Origin: Nitrospirota bacterium
Lineage (GTDB): Bacteria; Nitrospirota; Nitrospiria; Nitrospirales; NS-4
NCBI GenBank assembly: GCA_963788195.1
Contig: CAWBGA010000017.1
Span: forward strand, 1 to 64,000
DNA length: 64,000 nucleotides
Direction of reading: 5' to 3'
The notes under the pieces were generated by a model. That model ran no database searches. It was not told where the DNA came from and saw only the letters and a program-made list of their open reading frames with translations. Of the stretch, positions 51,299 through 61,931 are shown one piece after another (positions within the stretch are counted from its first letter, which is position 1; every line of letters starts with the position of its first letter). A program made the translations under genes and the position numbers.

Positions 51299-51336
51299 AG
51301 CCAGGGTGACACTAATGGTGAATACGTGCCCTGGCT
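51299..51336 (-). terminator. Candidate intrinsic terminator after hflX
   Basis: AGCCAGGG...CCCTGGCT stem followed on the minus strand by ATTCTTCT. Confidence 0.45.
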
Positions 51337-51351
51337 GGAAATCACGTTATC

Positions 51352-52998
51352 TTAGCAGGGGTTACCGTCCCGGGTCAAACTTGATAGCCGTTGTTCGATG
51401 TTATTCACGAGGGGGATCAGAGTGCCGGGTTGCAGTGCTGAAATCGGAGTGCCCCCGAACCGCGTTCCCATCACTACTGATTGCGCCCGATCCACCTGAT
51501 CAGCCTTGTTCAATACCAGGAGCCGCGGCACCTTATGCATCTCGAGATCGGTGAGAATGCGCTCCACGACACCGATCTGATGCTCAAGAGCTGGAGAGCT
51601 GATGTCGGCCACATGCAGCAGGAGGTCGGCATCGTGGAGTTCCTCAAGCGTCGCGCGAAAGGCGCCCATGAGTTCGTCCGGCAGGTTGCGAATAAAACCG
51701 ACCGTGTCGGTAATAATCGCCTCCTTCTCCGTGGGGAAACGTAAGCGGCGGCTTGCCGTGTCCAGGGTCGCGAACGGCCGGTTCTCCACGAGGACGTGGC
51801 TGCCCGTGAGGGCATTTAACAGCGTGGACTTGCCTGCATTCGTATACCCGACAATGGAGACGACGGGCACATTACGCCGCAGTCGCCGACCGCGTTGCTG
51901 TTGCCGGTTTTTGCCGAGGACGTCGATCTGTTTCTCAAGATGTCCGATGCGCTCGCGCACGCGCCGGCGATCGACTTCCAGCTTGGTCTCGCCCGGCCCG
52001 CGTCCCCCGATGCCGCCGGCGAGGCGGGAAAGGGCCGTACCGTGGTCGGTGAGCCGCGGAAGGCGATAGCGAAGTTGCGCAAGTTCCACTTGGATTTTTC
52101 CAGCACGACTGTGCGCCCGACGGCTGAAAATATCCAGGATTAGTTGCGTGCGATCAATGACCTTGAGCTCCGTCATCTCGGCAATCGACGTCGCCTGCGC
52201 AGGAGAAAGATCCTGATCGAAGACAAGGTAGTCAACACCGTGTTGCAGGGCTTTGATGACGACTTCCTTGAGCTTTCCGCTCCCTAACAGGTATTTGGGA
52301 TGGAGAGCTTGTGGCCGCTGGATCACGGTGTCCAACACGCTCAAGCCCGCGGATCCTGCGAGCTCTCTGAGTTCCGTCAGAGAGTCGGCCTGGTCGGCAT
52401 GGCTCTGTTTAGAGACACTGACGAGGATCGCCTGCTCCTGATCTTTTGTCACATGATGCGCCGGGCGCGAGCGTGCGATCTCTTCTTCAAGGGAGCTCAG
52501 GAACTTGCTGAGTTCCACCCGGCAGTCCTGCAACGGGATCGCTTTCCACACCTCGTACGGCTTGCCTGCGGCGTTGGGGGGGAGAATGTTGGCCGCGTAC
52601 AATTGACCCGGCATCCCATCGCGCAACACACCGATCGCAGCAATAAGATCCAAACGCAAGAGCGCGAGGTCCGTCAAATCATCCTGGCTGAGCGGTTCGT
52701 CACGAAGATGTGTATGAACCATGCGAATCCCGCGGAGCGAGCGCCGCCCCAGCCGATAGCCTGACAGGTCCGGCAAGATCACTTCGCGATCGTCCCCGAC
52801 AATGACGTCTTCCACTCCGCCTCGCCGATTGATCAAGAGAGCGATCTGGCGCCCGATTTCCCGTGAGAGCGAAGTGCAAAATCGCGCTAACTCCCAGGAG
52901 ATGACCGCATCTTCGGGGACTCGCCGCCGGTACACGTGCTCAAGGCGACGAAGTTGACTGGGCTTCAAACCGGTGAGATTACCGTGTGGCGCCGAAAT
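51352..52998 (-). CDS. hflX: GTPase HflX, long form; probable ATT start
   Basis: GGRGPGETKLE, GYTNAGKST, FATLD, DTVGFI, NKAD; SD directly before ATT at 52998. Confidence 0.92.
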   Translation of the reverse strand: MSAPHGNLTGLKPSQLRRLEHVYRRRVPEDAVISWELARFCTSLSREIGRQIALLINRRGGVEDVIVGDDREVILPDLSGYRLGRRSLRGIRMVHTHLRDEPLSQDDLTDLALLRLDLIAAIGVLRDGMPGQLYAANILPPNAAGKPYEVWKAIPLQDCRVELSKFLSSLEEEIARSRPAHHVTKDQEQAILVSVSKQSHADQADSLTELRELAGSAGLSVLDTVIQRPQALHPKYLLGSGKLKEVVIKALQHGVDYLVFDQDLSPAQATSIAEMTELKVIDRTQLILDIFSRRAHSRAGKIQVELAQLRYRLPRLTDHGTALSRLAGGIGGRGPGETKLEVDRRRVRERIGHLEKQIDVLGKNRQQQRGRRLRRNVPVVSIVGYTNAGKSTLLNALTGSHVLVENRPFATLDTASRRLRFPTEKEAIITDTVGFIRNLPDELMGAFRATLEELHDADLLLHVADISSPALEHQIGVVERILTDLEMHKVPRLLVLNKADQVDRAQSVVMGTRFGGTPISALQPGTLIPLVNNIEQRLSSLTRDGNPC

Positions 52999-53009
52999 AA
53001 ATCCTCTCC

Positions 53010-54026
53010 TTAGCCCGGACCTGCCTCTCCCAGGTTCCACTGCGGTTGGGGCTCACAGTCCAGGCCGGCGGTCCGGCCCGCGCGAAACAACCGCAATCCT
53101 GCAACCGCGATCATCGCCGCATTGTCAGTGCAGAACGCAAACGGTGGGATGTGCACCCGGCGGCCAGCAGCTGACCCCGAGGTCAAAAACCGTGACCGCA
53201 GCTCGGAGTTCGCAGCCACGCCTCCCGTCACGACCACATCTCGCACCCCCACCTGAGCAGCCGCGGCCAGAGTCTTATCGACCAGAACCTCTACAATGGC
53301 TCGCTGATATCCTGCAGCAACGTCGGCAATCTCATAGATCTCTCCGTTTTTCTCTTGATCGCGCAGGAAGTACAGTAACGCCGTCTTCAGACCGCTGAAG
53401 CTGAAGTTCAAATCCGAGAGTGTGGGATAAGGCTTTGGAAAGCGCCGTTTGGCGGGATCGCCATTCTTGGCCAGCGCGTCTATGATCGGCCCTCCGGGGT
53501 ACCCCAAACCTAGCATCTTCGCGCCCTTGTCAAAGGCTTCTCCGGCGGCATCATCAAGCGTTCGACCCAAAAGCTCCGTCCGATCCCAAGCCCGGACATG
53601 ATAGAGACTCGTATGGCCGCCGGAGGCGATCAGGGCCACAAAGGGAGGGTCCACGGGCGCCGTACACAGTGAAGCCGCACTGACATGGCCTTCCAGATGG
53701 TTCACGGCCACCGCGGGAATACCGGTGGCATAGGCAAGCGCCTTGCCGTAAGCCACCCCCACCAGCAAGGCGCCCATCAGCCCCGGGCCGCTGGTGACCG
53801 CCACTGCGGAGAGGTCCGCCGCACTGATTGCCGCCCGGCTGAGCGCCTGACGCACGACGTCGTCGATCGTCTCGATATGGCGACGGCCGGCCAGTTCCGG
53901 CACGACGCCGCCGAATCGGCTGTGAAGCTCCTGTTGAGACCAGACCACATTGGAGAGAATCGTCGAATCCTCTGCAACGACGGCCGCGGCCGTCTCATCG
54001 CAGGACGTCTCAATGCCGAGTATCAC
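53010..54026 (-). CDS. tsaD: tRNA threonylcarbamoyltransferase TsaD
   Basis: GIETSCDET, GGVVPE, HLEGH, SGGHT, GEAFDK, CTDNAAMI. Confidence 0.96.
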   Translation of the reverse strand: MILGIETSCDETAAAVVAEDSTILSNVVWSQQELHSRFGGVVPELAGRRHIETIDDVVRQALSRAAISAADLSAVAVTSGPGLMGALLVGVAYGKALAYATGIPAVAVNHLEGHVSAASLCTAPVDPPFVALIASGGHTSLYHVRAWDRTELLGRTLDDAAGEAFDKGAKMLGLGYPGGPIIDALAKNGDPAKRRFPKPYPTLSDLNFSFSGLKTALLYFLRDQEKNGEIYEIADVAAGYQRAIVEVLVDKTLAAAAQVGVRDVVVTGGVAANSELRSRFLTSGSAAGRRVHIPPFAFCTDNAAMIAVAGLRLFRAGRTAGLDCEPQPQWNLGEAGPG

Positions 54027-54086
54027 TGTGACGGATATGAAGGGAAATCAGAGAGAGAAGGGAAGTTAATCACTGAGTGAACAGCG

Positions 54087-54115
54087 GAGGGAGCCTCTCA
54101 GCGAGAGACTCCCTC
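54087..54115 (-). terminator. Stem-loop after clpC
   Basis: Minus strand GAGGGAGTCTCTC-GCT-GAGAGGCTCCCTC; the single mismatch is a U-G pair on this strand. Confidence 0.6.
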
Positions 54116-54135
54116 ACATGCTTGGGCAAAAGGCC

Positions 54136-56566
54136 TCATACACCAGCCATCGCTTCTTCTTCGACAAATGACGGAGCCCCGTCTTTGAGAAGAACCTTGA
54201 CCTTATGGCACTCGCGGAACCGTCCCTTGATGAGCTCTTCAGACAAGGGATCTCCGATGTGCTTTTGAATCGTCCGGCGCATCGGCCGCGCCCCGTAATT
54301 GGGCTGGTAGCCTTCCGTCAACAGCCATTCTTTGACTTCATCGGAGACATCAAGCTCCACCCCGCGATCCACCAGCCGTTGGTTCAGCTCGTTCAACAGA
54401 TGATCCACGATCAGAATCAGGTGACTCTTGTCGAGGGAGTGGAACACGACGACTTCGTCGATGCGATTCAGGAACTCCGGGCTGAAGGCATGCTTGAGTT
54501 CGCCCATAACATCATCCTTCAGGCGGCGGCCCGCTTCGCCGAGGTCATCCCGGTGGAAGCCGAGCGATGTGCCTCTCTGGAGATGCTTCGTGCCGATGTT
54601 CGAGGTCATGATGATCACGGTGTTCTTGAAGTCCACCTTGCGCCCCAAGCTATCGGTCAGGACGCCATCGTCCAAGAACCTGCAGGAGGACATTGAACAG
54701 ATCGGGGTGCGCCTTTTCAATTTCATCGAAGAGCACCACAGAATACGGCCGCCTGCGGACTTTCTCCGTCAACTGCCCGCCTTCCTCGTAGCCGACATAA
54801 CCCGGAGGGGCGCCGAATAATCTGGAGCTGCTGAATTTCTCCTGGTACTCCGACATGTCGATTCGGATCAGCGCATCCTCGCTGTTAAACAGGAACTCGG
54901 CGAGCGCCCGGGCCAGTTCGGTCTTGCCGACGCCGGTCGGTCCCATGAAGATGAACGAGCCGATGGGCTTCTTGGCCTCTTTAAGCCCCGCGCGCGAACG
55001 CCGGATGGCGCGTGCCACGGCGGACAGCGCCTCATCCTGGCCCACGACCCGCTTATGCAGCGCATCTTCCATACGCAGAAGCTTGTACGACTCCTCCTCT
55101 TCGAGCTTGAACAAGGGAATCCCGGTCATCTTCGAGACCACGTAGGCCACGTCTTCCTTCGTGATGACCGGCTTGCTCTTTTCCTGATTCTTTTTCCACT
55201 CCAGCTTGGAGTCTTCCAGCAGCTTACGGAGGCGTTCCTCCTCTTCCCGAAACTTCACCGCTTCCTCAAAATTCTGGAGCGCAATCGCGAGTTCCTTTTC
55301 TCGCACCACCTTCTTGAGCTCCTGGTCCATCGCTCGCAAATCGCCCGGCAGCGCGTAGGTCTGCAACTTTGCGCGGGACCCGGTCTCGTCAATGACGTCG
55401 ATGGCCTTGTCAGGGAAGAAGCGATCGGTAATATAGCGGTCCGCGAGCTTCACGGCTTCGGCGATCGCGAGTTCGGTGATCTCAACCCCGTGATGGGTCT
55501 CGTAGCGGTCTCGCAGCCCTCGGATAATGCGGATGGTCTCTTCCACGCTCGGTTGCTGCACGTGAATGGGTTGGAAGCGCCGTTTGAGCGCGCCATCCTT
55601 TTCAATGTGCTTCCGATACTCGTCCAGCGTGGTCGCGCCGATGCACTGAATCTCTCCCCTCGAGAGCGCGGGTTTAAGCATATTCGACGCGTCGATCGAA
55701 CCTTCCGCAGCGCCGGCGCCGACGAGCGTATGCAACTCGTCAATAAAGATAATGACGTTCCCCGCCTGGACTATTTCCTTCATGACGACCTTCAGCCGCT
55801 CTTCGAACTGGCCTCGGTACTTCGTGCCAGCGACGAGGGACCCCAGATCTAACGCGATCACGCGGCGGTTGAGCAAGTTGTCCGGCACCTCGGTGCCGAC
55901 GATCCGTTGAGCCAAGCCCTCGACAATCGCCGTCTTGCCGACGCCGGCTTCGCCGATCAGCACAGGATTGTTCTTTGTACGCCGGCTGAGAATCTGGAGC
56001 ACTCGCTCGATCTCATCCCCACGCCCGATGACCGGGTCGAGGAGGCCTTCCTGGGCCATGCGCGTCAGGTCACGACCGAATTCGTCAAGAGCGGGGGTAT
56101 TGCTTTTTCGGTCGCGCTCACGGGGAGAGCTCTTGCGGAGAAAGGTGACGGTCAGTTGTCGCGCGGTCAGAAGATTTGCGCCCAGGCTGCGGAGGATCTT
56201 TCCACCGATCCCTTCTTCTTCGCGGAGCAATCCTAAAAGGAGATGTTCTCCGCCGATATGATTGTGCCCCAGGAGGCGCGCCTCTTCCACTGCATACTCG
56301 ATAACCTTTTTCACTCGCGGGCTGAATGGAATCTCGCCAAAGGTCATGGTCGTCCCGCCGCCCGGCAGATTGCGCTCGATCTCGAGACGCACCTGCTCTG
56401 AGGACAACCCCATCTTTTTGATGATCATGAGGGCGATCCCGTCGCTTTCTCTGAGGATCGCCAAGACGAGGTGCTCGGTCCCTAGATAATCATTCTGATG
56501 GCGTTCGGCTTCTTCCCGAGCCAATACGATGATTTTCCGGCCTTTATCCGTGAATCTTTCGAACAT
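54136..56566 (-). CDS. clpC: ATP-dependent Clp protease ATPase ClpC (one frameshift near 54675)
   Basis: MFERFT Clp-N repeats, [11 protein letters not shown] coil, [18 protein letters not shown]. Confidence 0.95.
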
Positions 56567-56627
56567 CCTGTCTCCTCTCGAGCCGTATAGTGAATTCGTC
56601 GGCCGTTTATGGAGAATTCTTGAGGTT

Positions 56628-56656
56628 ATTCTAACGGGATCACGCCTCGCTGTCAA
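56628..56656 (-). promoter_or_regulatory. Sigma70-type promoter for clpC
   Basis: TTGACA-17 nt-TAGAAT on the minus strand. Confidence 0.7.
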
Positions 56657-56761
56657 GAGACGCGCGGCTGTAGCGCCCCACCTGACGTTCAACTTTACCA
56701 ATGACATGACGCGAGTTACCTCAAGTCTTTAGACCTACGTATATTTTCGCTCCCTAATTCG

Positions 56762-56791
56762 TTGACACCCTCCAGAACCCCCCGTTAAAAT
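56762..56791 (+). promoter_or_regulatory. Sigma70-type promoter for nadK
   Basis: TTGACA-18 nt-TAAAAT, 8 nt before the ATG. Confidence 0.7.
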
Positions 56792-56799
56792 GAGGCCCC

Positions 56800-57657
56800 A
56801 TGAAGCACATCGGAATTCTTATTAAGCCGGGCTTTCTTCATGCGAAGGCGCATCTTCAAGAACTCGTTCCGTGGCTCAAGAGCCGAGGCGTCACACCTCT
56901 ACTTGATCCTACTTCAGCGGAGCTTCTCGGAGAAGCTGTCTCCTACCCGAAACGCGAAATGGCGGCGATCGCAGATTTGCTGGTGGTGCTCGGCGGCGAC
57001 GGTACGATGCTTGCGGCCGCGAGGCTGGTGGAGGGCCGCCCCACTCCCATCCTGGGCGTGAACATGGGTGGTTTGGGTTTTCTGACCGAAGTCACGCCGG
57101 ACGGAATTTACAAGGCCCTCGAGAGCATCTTTGCCGGCGCCTATACCGTTGAAGAGCGTCTGATGCTGCGAGCGCGGATCTCCAGACACGGCCAGCAGGT
57201 GGGAGGCGCGACGGTGCTCAACGACGTCGTCGTGAGTAAGGGAACACTCACACGCATGGTTCAAATGGAGATTCGGATCAACAGTCAGTTCGTGACGGGT
57301 CTACGCGGCGACGGTCTGATCATTTCAACTCCGACGGGATCGACGGCGTACTCACTTTCGTCCGGAGGGCCGATTCTCAATCCTGCGGTGCATGCTGTCA
57401 TCCTTACGCCAATTTGTCCTCATACTCTGACGAATCGTCCGATTGTGATTCCGCAGGACGCGTCCGTGGAAGTCTTCATAGCCAGCCGGGAGGAGGGCCC
57501 CATGGCGACGTTCGACGGGCAGGTCGGCATCTCACTTCGGCATGAGGACATTATTGAAGTGAGCGCCTCGGATCATTATGCCAAACTCATCCGGTTCCCC
57601 GAGCGCACGTTCTACGAAGTACTGCGACAGAAATTGAAGTGGGGCGATGGCAATTAA
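56800..57657 (+). CDS. nadK: NAD kinase
   Basis: LGGDGT, GLGFL, LND, TPTGSTAYSLS. Confidence 0.95.
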   Translation: MKHIGILIKPGFLHAKAHLQELVPWLKSRGVTPLLDPTSAELLGEAVSYPKREMAAIADLLVVLGGDGTMLAAARLVEGRPTPILGVNMGGLGFLTEVTPDGIYKALESIFAGAYTVEERLMLRARISRHGQQVGGATVLNDVVVSKGTLTRMVQMEIRINSQFVTGLRGDGLIISTPTGSTAYSLSSGGPILNPAVHAVILTPICPHTLTNRPIVIPQDASVEVFIASREEGPMATFDGQVGISLRHEDIIEVSASDHYAKLIRFPERTFYEVLRQKLKWGDGN

Positions 57658-59030
57658 TGGAAGACTGATTCGCTCACGTCTGGTTTCTTCTCGCGGATCA
57701 CGGCCAGCATCTCTTCGTTTGTAGGAAATTTGAATTCTTCGATATCACGGCGTTGGCCTTCAAGACGCTCCATTTCACCGAGCGCCATGAGTTCCGGGGT
57801 TCGTACGACATCAGGTTGCCGTCCGACCACCAAGGTTTTCAACCGCTCAATCTTTTTAGTAATCTCTGCTTCATCAAGCGGTGGCCGGTTCTCCAGATAG
57901 CGGACGACGACTTCACTGCACCACTCGCCATCGCGCTTGGCCACACCGACGAGGCCCTCGCTCGCCTTTCTGGCCCACCCGCATAAGAACACGCCCTCAA
58001 CCACCTCTCCGGCGGTCTCGTCAAATGCTTGAAACAGACTGTCATCCGGATCATTGGCGGTTTTGTGCGGACTTGTAATGAAGGTGCCGTTCTTATACGG
58101 AAGCCCGACGCTCTCATCCACCCGATCGCCCACGGCAAACACTACGCTGTCACAGGCGAGGGGGTAGTAGGTCTTCAGGCCCACGGCCGCCGTATCCTGA
58201 CCTTTCGGTTCCAGCTTGGTGTCTTCCATCTCCACGCCTACAACGCGATTCTGCGTGTCCGTCAGCACTCGCTTCGGTGAGGACAGAAAATGAAAGTGCA
58301 TCTTCATGGGGCCTTCGGCCGGCTCACACTTGACAAACTCAGATCGCATGTCAGCCAGAACTTTATCCGGTGACTGTCCGACTGCCGCCAGACGAGACGC
58401 CACGCGATCGATCTCCTTCTGGAGGGCGGCCGCGTCGATGTAGGAACAGACCGCTCGGATCTCTTTGGGATTGTACTTGCGCTCGAATGGTCCTCGACGA
58501 ACGACGACGTGCACTTCCTCGACGGTTCGGCGACGAGCCAGCCAGTGGGCGATGTCGACCATGACATCGCCGATCCCGATGACCGCCACGCGCTTGCCCA
58601 TTTCGAACGGCCGAACACTGAAGTCGGGCAGCAGATTATAGTGATAGACACAGTCCTTGGCGTGATACACGCCCTGCGCCGAGTCACCTTCGACGCCGAT
58701 GGTCTTCGTCCCCTGCGCGCCCGTGGAAAAAACCAGAGCGCTTGGTTCAAGGGCTCTCAGGTCCGCCACGGTCAGATGTTTCCCATTGCCGACCGTGACA
58801 TTACCCAAATAGTGGACATTGGGGCGGGCGAGAACTTCCCAATACCCTTTTCTCAGACCGCCGCGCAGCTTGTGCTTCGTGGGAAAGATGCCGTATTCCG
58901 CCAGGCCGCCGAATTTAACGTCACGATTCAGAAGGACAACTTCGTGGCCTTGCTTGGACATAATGTTGACAACCGACATGCCTGCCGGGCCGGCACCAAC
59001 GACCAATATCAAGTGTCTCTGGTTGTTCAT
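57654..59030 (-). CDS. FAD-dependent oxidoreductase, adrenodoxin-reductase/FprA-like ferredoxin-NADP+ reductase
   Basis: VGAGPAG, GGLAEYGI, GNVTVG, VIGIGDV, VRRGP, GWARKASEGLVG. Confidence 0.75.
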   Translation of the reverse strand: MNNQRHLILVVGAGPAGMSVVNIMSKQGHEVVLLNRDVKFGGLAEYGIFPTKHKLRGGLRKGYWEVLARPNVHYLGNVTVGNGKHLTVADLRALEPSALVFSTGAQGTKTIGVEGDSAQGVYHAKDCVYHYNLLPDFSVRPFEMGKRVAVIGIGDVMVDIAHWLARRRTVEEVHVVVRRGPFERKYNPKEIRAVCSYIDAAALQKEIDRVASRLAAVGQSPDKVLADMRSEFVKCEPAEGPMKMHFHFLSSPKRVLTDTQNRVVGVEMEDTKLEPKGQDTAAVGLKTYYPLACDSVVFAVGDRVDESVGLPYKNGTFITSPHKTANDPDDSLFQAFDETAGEVVEGVFLCGWARKASEGLVGVAKRDGEWCSEVVVRYLENRPPLDEAEITKKIERLKTLVVGRQPDVVRTPELMALGEMERLEGQRRDIEEFKFPTNEEMLAVIREKKPDVSESVFH

Positions 59031-59075
59031 ATCACCGCCCGCCCCGGAATCTGCCAAGACAGATTCCCTCGCCCG

Positions 59076-60557
59076 TTAACCGCCGGCGCTACCGGGTGAT
59101 CCGCCGGACAACCCTGGTTCGGTCATACGCCAGGGATCCAGCAGATGCTTTAATTGGTCCGCGGGTAATACTTTTTTCTTTTCGGCCACCTCACGCACGG
59201 TCTGCCCTGTCTTGTAGGCCTCTTTGGCGATTTCAGCAGCGGCTTCATACCCGATTTGAGGAGCCAGTGCGGTACACATCGCCAGACTCTCCTCGATCGC
59301 GGCCTGACAACGTTCGCGATCTGGCTGGATGTCCCGGATACAGCGACGTGCGAAGTTCGCCGAAGCCCGGCTCAGAAGCAGAATCGATTCCAAAAGATTG
59401 TGGGCCATGACCGGTAACATCACAAGCAACTCAAAGTTTCCCATTTGCCCCGCAGCCGTAATCGCGACATCATTGCCGATGACTTGCGCCGAAACCATCA
59501 TGACTGATTCGGCGATGACCGGGTTCACCTTACCCGGCATGATCGACGAACCCGGTTGCGTGGCAGGGAGGATGATTTCGCCAATGCCGCAGCGCGGTCC
59601 CGATCCCATCCAACGAATATCATTGGCGATCTTCATAAGACTGACGGCTAACGTTTTCAGCGCTCCGCTCGCCTCGACAAGAGAATCCTGGGCTGCTTGC
59701 GCTTCAAAATGATTGTGCGCTTCTTTCAACGCGCACCCCGTCTCCTTCGCCAGCAACGCGATCACACGAGGCGCAAACTCCGGATGAGCGTTCAGCCCGG
59801 TCCCCACCGCTGTCCCGCCCAGGGCAAGCTCTTCCAGTGAGACCCGTGCCCTCTGGACTCTGCCGATGCCCAGTTCGATTTGGCGGGCGTAACCTGAGAA
59901 TTCCTGCCCTAACCGGATCGGCGTGGCATCCTGTAAATGTGTCCGCCCGATTTTTACGATTCCATCGAACTCGTCCGCCTTCGCGGCCAGCGCCTGCTCA
60001 AGCTCCTTCAGCGCCGGCAATAACTCGCGATCGATCTCCTCGAGGGCGGCGATGTGAATCGCCGTGGGAATGACGTCATTGCTCGATTGCCCTAAATTCA
60101 CATGATCGTTGGGATGGACGACCTTTCCGCCTCGGGCGCCACCCAGCAGCTCCGCGGCCCTATTAGCGATCACTTCATTTACATTCATATTGGAGGAGGT
60201 TCCGGAGCCGGTCTGGAATACATCGACCGGAAATTCCCTGTCGTGCCGGCCCTCGATGACTTCTTGAGCGGCGGCGCGGATGGCTTTCGCTAGTTTCGGA
60301 TCAAGAAAACCGAGATCCTCATTGACCTGCGCCGCGGCGCGTTTAATCAGTCCCAGGGCGCGCAGCATGGGCCGGGGTAAACGGAGGTCGCTGATAGGAA
60401 AATTCTCGATGGCTCGTGCCGTTTGCACCCCATAGTACGCGGCGGCCGGAACCTCGAGCTCCCCCATTGTATCCCGCTCGGTGCGCGTGGCCGCAGGACC
60501 GCTCACTGGGCGTTTGGGGTCATCCTGCTTCACATCAATGCCCACGAAAAGACTCAC
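59076..60557 (-). CDS. fumC: Class II fumarate hydratase (start uncertain)
   Basis: QTGSGTSSNMN, GRTHLQDATP, GSSIMPGKVNP. Confidence 0.93.
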   Translation of the reverse strand: MSLFVGIDVKQDDPKRPVSGPAATRTERDTMGELEVPAAAYYGVQTARAIENFPISDLRLPRPMLRALGLIKRAAAQVNEDLGFLDPKLAKAIRAAAQEVIEGRHDREFPVDVFQTGSGTSSNMNVNEVIANRAAELLGGARGGKVVHPNDHVNLGQSSNDVIPTAIHIAALEEIDRELLPALKELEQALAAKADEFDGIVKIGRTHLQDATPIRLGQEFSGYARQIELGIGRVQRARVSLEELALGGTAVGTGLNAHPEFAPRVIALLAKETGCALKEAHNHFEAQAAQDSLVEASGALKTLAVSLMKIANDIRWMGSGPRCGIGEIILPATQPGSSIMPGKVNPVIAESVMMVSAQVIGNDVAITAAGQMGNFELLVMLPVMAHNLLESILLLSRASANFARRCIRDIQPDRERCQAAIEESLAMCTALAPQIGYEAAAEIAKEAYKTGQTVREVAEKKKVLPADQLKHLLDPWRMTEPGLSGGSPGSAGG

Positions 60558-60663
60558 ATCTCACGTGATTGGAAACGGCCCTTCTGGGGCCCTTCATGCG
60601 CGGGCGCAATTGTAATTCAAATGCATGCCCTATACAAGCCGGAGAATGCAGAGGTTTCCAGCT

Positions 60664-61806
60664 CTATCGGCGTTGGTCTAGCGGCAAATAGCTGCGGTTG
60701 TGATCCCCTTCATAAATCTGCTCTGGCCGATAGAGTTTGTTCTCTTTCATCTGTTCCAGCCAGTGCGCAAGCCAGCCGGTCACGCGCGCCATGGCAAAGA
60801 TCGACGTGTAGGTGTCCGTGGTGATCCCCATCTGGTCATAGACGAAGCCGGAATAATAGTCCACATTCGGGTAGACCTTCTTCCCACGCAATAGTTCCAG
60901 CGCGACCCGCTCGGTCTCCTCGGCAAGCGCATATAATGAAGACTTTCCACAGTGGCTGAAGAGTTCCTGCGCCAGCTGTTGCAGAATAACGGCCCGCGGG
61001 TCTTTTACCTTATACACCCGGTGACCGAACCCCATGATCGGAGCTTTCGCTTTGAGCCTCGCCGCCAGGTATGGACGGACGCCCTGGGGCGTCGCAATTT
61101 CTCGCAGCATCCCGATGACTTCTTCATTCGCGCCTCCATGCAACGGGCCCTTGAGGGCCCCGATGGCCGACGCCACAACCGTATAAGGATCCGCCAAGGT
61201 CGAAGCCGTGACAAGGCCGCAGAACGTGGACGCGTTCATGGTGTGTTCGGCGTGAAGAATCAGGCACTGATCCAGCACTCGCGCGACGAGAGGGTCAGGC
61301 TTTCGGTCAAACAGCATGTATAAGAAATTCTCAGTGAATTGCAGGTCGTCGCGCGGGGGGACGTACTCATCGCCGCGTCGAATACGCGCAAACGCCGCCA
61401 CGATCGTCGGCAGCTTGGCGATCAACCGGACGACCGACCAGTAATTGTTCTCGGGGTCCTGCACGTTGCGTCCGGGGTAGAACATCCCCAGAGCCGCCAC
61501 GGCCGCCTGCAATGCGTCCATAGGATGACCCTGCTCCGGCAAGGTCTTCACCAGGTCGACGATCTTGAACTTGATTCGCCGGTGGTCCGCGATATCAGTC
61601 GTGAATTTCTCCAATTCCAACTGCGTAGGAAGACGGCTGAACAGCAGCAGATAGGCGGTCTCGAGGAAATTGCTCTTCGCCGCAAGATCCTCGATTCGGA
61701 TGCCGCGGTACTCCAACACACCAGTCTCGCCGTTGACATCGCTGATCTTGGATCGGGCGGCGGGGACTCCGTCTAGGCCCGGCATAAAGTCATGGGGCAT
61801 GGTCAA
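60664..61806 (-). CDS. gltA: Citrate synthase
   Basis: HAEHTMNAST, GPLHGGANE, GFGHRVYK, YPNVDYY. Confidence 0.92.
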   Translation of the reverse strand: MTMPHDFMPGLDGVPAARSKISDVNGETGVLEYRGIRIEDLAAKSNFLETAYLLLFSRLPTQLELEKFTTDIADHRRIKFKIVDLVKTLPEQGHPMDALQAAVAALGMFYPGRNVQDPENNYWSVVRLIAKLPTIVAAFARIRRGDEYVPPRDDLQFTENFLYMLFDRKPDPLVARVLDQCLILHAEHTMNASTFCGLVTASTLADPYTVVASAIGALKGPLHGGANEEVIGMLREIATPQGVRPYLAARLKAKAPIMGFGHRVYKVKDPRAVILQQLAQELFSHCGKSSLYALAEETERVALELLRGKKVYPNVDYYSGFVYDQMGITTDTYTSIFAMARVTGWLAHWLEQMKENKLYRPEQIYEGDHNRSYLPLDQRR

Positions 61807-61931
61807 GCTCCTTTTGGGACTATTCTTGCCTTGAACTTTGCAAACGTGTCAAGCAGACACGCGTCCTGCCTTGAAACCATCGCGGTCCCTCGGCCATACT
61901 GCCTTTCCGTGACGAGGGCGAATACTAGGAT

